Part shown: positions 59,781 through 64,000 of the stretch, one piece after another | Layout: each line of letters begins with the position of its first letter | Position numbering within the stretch: the first letter of the stretch is position 1 | Assembly (NCBI GenBank): GCA_016906335.1 | Contig: JADEYG010000007.1 | Location: 1,426,001-1,490,000, forward strand | Origin: Novakomyces olei | Taxonomy: Eukaryota | DNA: 64,000 bases | Direction: 5' to 3' | Translations under genes and position numbers: made by a program | The notes under the pieces: model-generated | Seen by the model: the letters and a program-made list of their open reading frames with translations, nothing else | Told to the model about the DNA's origin: nothing | Databases searched by the model: none

Positions 59781-60634
59781 AAAGTATATACATGTTATTG
59801 TTTTGTCGCTTTTTATTTTGTATATTTATCTCTACAATTTATTTTTGTTAAACTCATGCTTATTCGACACTTTTTGCTTTTCTTGTGATTATTTTTCTGA
59901 TTATGTTGGGCGCAAGTAGAATTTGATTTTTAAGCGTTGGTTTGCTTTATGTTTGTTTTGGATAGTCGTTATTGAATCAGGCACAACCGTTTCATAGAGG
60001 ATGACTGCGGACTTTAACCATAATAACGTTGCTTTGGATACCATTTACATTAAGTGTTTATTTTAATACCGCGATAGGCAGAGGCCCAGTAAAGCAAGGG
60101 TTAAGCGAAATTTAAGTAAGATATGAGGACTAGATTTCACAAAAGGCTCTAAATTTTTGTGCCTTTAATAAAGCCTTTGAAATATTGTACAAAGAGCTAT
60201 CAAATATTGAAAACCCCGAAAGCGTATCAAGTTTCACTACCATTAACTAGTCTGGCGTGCGTGCACAATGGAAATTTCTTGGCTACAGATAATCAAAATA
60301 TTCACTGCTATCAAATGACCCTAAAATATTTCCATACTTGGCACATGTGGTAAGTGTAGGAACAATACAATGATTTAGCTAATATATGAAAACTGCAATT
60401 AAGTTAAAAAGGGTGAAGCAAATGTAGAATAAAATAAAGTTGTGGTATCAACATCAGCAGCGCAACACAGTTGCCTGCAGAATATAAACAAAAATCTCCA
60501 GTTCCAAACAGAACTCGATCGGCCTTGTCAATAGCCTTTTCTTGTCCCTTGTCATTTCTTTAATGCTTTGGTTTTGTATGTTACAAACTGAACGCAAAAG
60601 TTCTTCAAAGACGCCCTTCAAAGGGCTAAACGCC

Positions 60635-62338
60635 TTAGAACCAGCCGCTGTTCAGTTTCTTGCTCAGTTCCCTATAATATATCATTTCTCCCAAACAATC
60701 TCGGCCCCACTCGCAGCCTGCCAAATTTACAACAAAATCACGTTCCTTTTGACTGTAAAAATAGCGAGGGTCATTAGAAAACTCTGCACATGCTCCATGA
60801 GGAAAAGAATTTATAGTACGCTGAGGCATGAAAATGATTCCGGATCGAATCCAAGGCTGAGTAGTGTATAGGTATTCCAATGCATCTTGCTCTTTGTGCT
60901 CCCAGTCCATGTGCTTTTGTTCGTAAAAGACAGGGTCCCACCAAATATCCAGTAACCGATCAGTCCATTCACCACGTCGAATAAGAAACGAGCCTAGATT
61001 AAATCCTCCGCAGTCTTGCGTTAAAATCATGTTTATTCTGGCAAAATTAGTATTAAAAGACCGAAAAAAGAAGTGAAACGAGAATGGAGAGTAACAGTGG
61101 AATAGATCCAATATGAAAGGTAATAGAATAGATATAGTAATAGAATAGATATAGTAATAGAATAGATATAGTAATAGAATAGATATAGTAATAGAATAGA
61201 TATAGTAATAGAATGCAGATTAGGAAGTACAGTTTAGCCAATATAAACAAAGCAAAATAAAACAATCGAGGTAATAAAAGTAAATTTAGTTAAAACAAAC
61301 TTGAAAAAAAAATTAAATAAAAAACAAATTAAACCAGAATGGAATCAAAGCTTTCTAATGAAACTAATAAAACTTACTCTCCGTCCCAATTAACATCATC
61401 CAGTGGGAGAATTGACAAAGGATTGAACGAGCCTTGTGCTGTGATATCGCGCACCCCCAATTGGCGCAAAGCCTCAAAGATGTGTGTCTCAACAGAGTAC
61501 CGCGGCTCCATTATAAAAGTGGTCAAATCCATCCACCAGAACCATTCGGCATTCGGGTGCGAGCGCATTACATTACGAATTATATCAACCTTCTCCCACG
61601 ATTCCCGCCATTCGTGTGTGTACCGTTTCATCTGAGGGACCTCGCGAACATCGAGCTCGTAGCCTGTGTTTGTTAGGCATAAGACAAGAAAAGAATTGAA
61701 TCGCCACAAAAATAGGTCACAGCAGATAGCCAACATATAAACCAAAAAAAAAGGGGGATATATATCAGATAGAAAAAGCTCCAGTTCTAGTCCAATATAG
61801 ACAAATCAAGTGGCAGGTCAAATGGAACCAACGCCACAAAACGTTCAGACTTACCATGGGCATCGGCAAAAGACTTTTTGTTCGCAATGGAAGTGTACTC
61901 CAAGGCCCATTCATTAGGCGACTTCCACCGCATAACTCCACCTCCCTGGTTGCTGGCGAGAATAATCACAATATTGCCACCAAACTTTGAGCGCCACAGG
62001 CTGCGGATACTGAGGGCAGAAGTACTAACAAGCGAAAACAGCACATAGATCAAGCACACAGCCAGTATGAACCGTTTGATTGGCGTTTTAGGCAGCCGTT
62101 CTGCTAAAGCAGCACCCTTCACGTAAGCCCTGGATAAACCATTGAATGTTAAATTCGCAGCTTTATGAAGTCGGCTCGCGCCGCCTGCAGCCGCCAATCG
62201 CACTTTTTGCAAGGCAGCCATGCTTTTACTCCCGTTTATTGAATGGCCATTCTCAGACAGTTTTCCATCACCGCTTTTGGCTCCCTGAGCGAACGGCAAT
62301 TTGAAACCTTTTCGGGGCTGCCATTCGTTTGCAGACAT
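60635..62338 (-). CDS. MNN10: GT34 alpha-1,6-mannosyltransferase, 3 exons
   Basis: Introns 61854-61664 and 61377-61038. KRYTHEWRESWEKVD, EWFWWMD, QDCGGFNLGSF, WWDPVFYEQKHMDWEHKEQDAL. Confidence 0.9.
61120..61214. repeat. 17-mer GTAATAGAATAGATATA x5.5 in MNN10 intron 2
   Basis: Direct reading. Confidence 0.92.
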
Positions 62339-62550
62339 GGCTCCTTATACAGAGCCGCGTCCTCCTGGAAAGGCCAATTGTGGCCTCCGCCGTTTTCTTG
62401 TATTGGAGTATACGTTTCGCGTGTATAGTCAGTTCATCTATATATTTATGAGCAATCCTCATGTATAGCGTAGACTCGGATATTCTACGTTCAAGTTAGT
62501 GAATGTTATAGTTATAACGTTAATGTGTATAGTACAGCTATAAAGTTATT

Positions 62551-62666
62551 GCTGTATATTATATTTATGCTGTATATTATATTTATGCTGTATATTATAT
62601 TTATGCTGTATATTATATTTATGCTGTATATTATATTTATGCTGTATATTATATTTATGCTGTATA
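62551..62666. repeat. 18-mer GCTGTATATTATATTTAT x6 upstream of MNN10
   Basis: Direct reading. Confidence 0.95.
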
Positions 62667-63680
62667 GTAAGTATATCGAGTACGAGTTGTTTTGTATGAT
62701 AATGCTCTAATGTTGCTTGCTGCATTAGCAGACCTAAAACTTGTGCGGCACTCTCCTTTTGGCTTAAACCCTACTGTTTCGACAATATACGAGACATTTG
62801 CGGCGGAGCACAGTATTTATGTATCTTTACACAAGTCTAGTATGTACAACCTGCCCGCGTGTGCTCGTCTACCGGGTAAAAATAGCAACAGCAAATGAAT
62901 ACAATGAATAGCACAGTGCTAAATGACTGGTTATGCGGCGAAAAAGTCTGGAGCTATAAACTTGGACGCAGGAAATAATTCCAACTTTTGCCCACGTACC
63001 CATTTCGAGATAGTGTGTGTACTGTAATTATGTTATTGCACGTTTCCAGGCAATCAGGCACGCAGTGTAAGAAAAGTGTGTCACAACAAATTAGATGAGC
63101 AGTAACCTCAAACCTGAAATTGCACTGCGCCGTTTATACAGCCGCACTCCTTTCTGGTCGTAAAATTTGATCGGTCGTTGTTGGAGGGCAAACGAGATAT
63201 AGAGCGAGTGTATGTTTAAACAGTAGGATAGCCACAGCCAATACTCCATTGAGCTTTATGTATGTACGTGTGAGTGTGTATGTGTACCGATACTTTGTTC
63301 CACACTTTGCCAATTAAACTTTTCAAGCAAAAGTCTGGGCCAAACTTGGGGTAAGACAAACGGCGTTAGCGACCACTATAGTATAGCAAAAGTTATACCA
63401 AGAGTTATAGCCCTATCGCCACCCTCACTTTGTGCAAAAATGTACTTCTACAAAGTCTGGACAGACCCATAAGCTCAGCGAGAGCCTGAAAAGGTAGAGG
63501 GCCCGTTGGCCCGTACCAGCGCAGGCACAACGTGGAGTGTTTGAGAAAACTTTTGGGATACGCTATACATGTGGTGAAGATGACCGTGGACCTAAACACG
63601 GTGAAAAGTACGTAAATGTAAAAACTTATATATTTAAAACGATATGCACACGCATACAGCCCTGATGTATATACACAACC

Positions 63681-64000
63681 TCATTTGTATAGACCCTCGT
63701 ACCCTCCATTAGCGTCTGCCCTATATGCAATGTGTAAAATATCCAGTACAGACTTTATGCCCGGCTCCGTGATCGGCCGCGGCATTATAGCATCAAAGCA
63801 GTGACTTTTGTCATCGTGTCCCGCCACTGAAGTTGAAGATTGATCAGCGATGGCAACGATAGGCGTGCCCTGGTTCTCACAAACAAGGCTACGGATCATT
63901 TTCACTGCGTCTGCTCCAGATAATCGAGGCATATTGACGGCAGTGAAGATTGCTTGAAACGGCTTTTCCGACATTGCAAGCCGCAGCATCTCTGACCCGG
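63681..64000 (-). CDS. RIM15: C-terminal receiver domain of a Rim15/Greatwall-like kinase (5' part outside the window)
   Basis: GSEMLRLAMSEKPFQAIFTAVNMPRLSGADAVKMIR..NQGTPIVAI resembles the degenerate Rim15 receiver domain. Confidence 0.65.
   Translation of the reverse strand, partial: GSEMLRLAMSEKPFQAIFTAVNMPRLSGADAVKMIRSLVCENQGTPIVAIADQSSTSVAGHDDKSHCFDAIMPRPITEPGIKSVLDILHIAYRADANGGYEGLYK

Noticed and set aside
21233..62666. CRISPR-like arrays
   Set aside because: The repeats are head-to-tail with no unique spacers, the context is eukaryotic, and there are no cas genes.

Overview
Gene-dense, intron-rich fungal (ascomycete, yeast-like) nuclear DNA using the standard genetic code (CTG sits at invariant Leu positions). 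About 28 protein-coding loci could be spliced by hand: ERO1 (partial, absent from the ORF track), SGM1, NAS6, a cytochrome b561-type gene, an R3HCC1-like RRM gene, PUT2, VMA13 (9 exons), HEM25, REV3, a complex I NDUFS5 subunit, a GSKIP-like gene, ARL1, a Kel1/Tea1-like kelch protein, NIPSNAP, ATP14, RSM22, RPN5, DAL3, a PA-RING E3, HRR25/CK1, two Zn2Cys6 factors, an SDR, MED4, ALG7, LCP5, MNN10 and the 3' end of RIM15. There is also one intron-containing tRNA-Val(AAC). The only accessory-looking part is about 30.4-34.7 kb, where a decayed GCK-III kinase pseudogene converges on a truncated Crinkler/REase-like ORF. Other notable signals: a long RNA hairpin bridging a distant branch point to the 3' splice site in ATP14, a Rev3 lacking its CysA metal site, hidden terminal exons giving alternative C-termini in CK1 and Vma13, oriented telomere-like promoter boxes, a Put3-type site upstream of PUT2, and many AT-rich tandem arrays. 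All calls come from manual reading and motif recall; no searches or folding programs were run. I see no clear complete novel multi-gene system.
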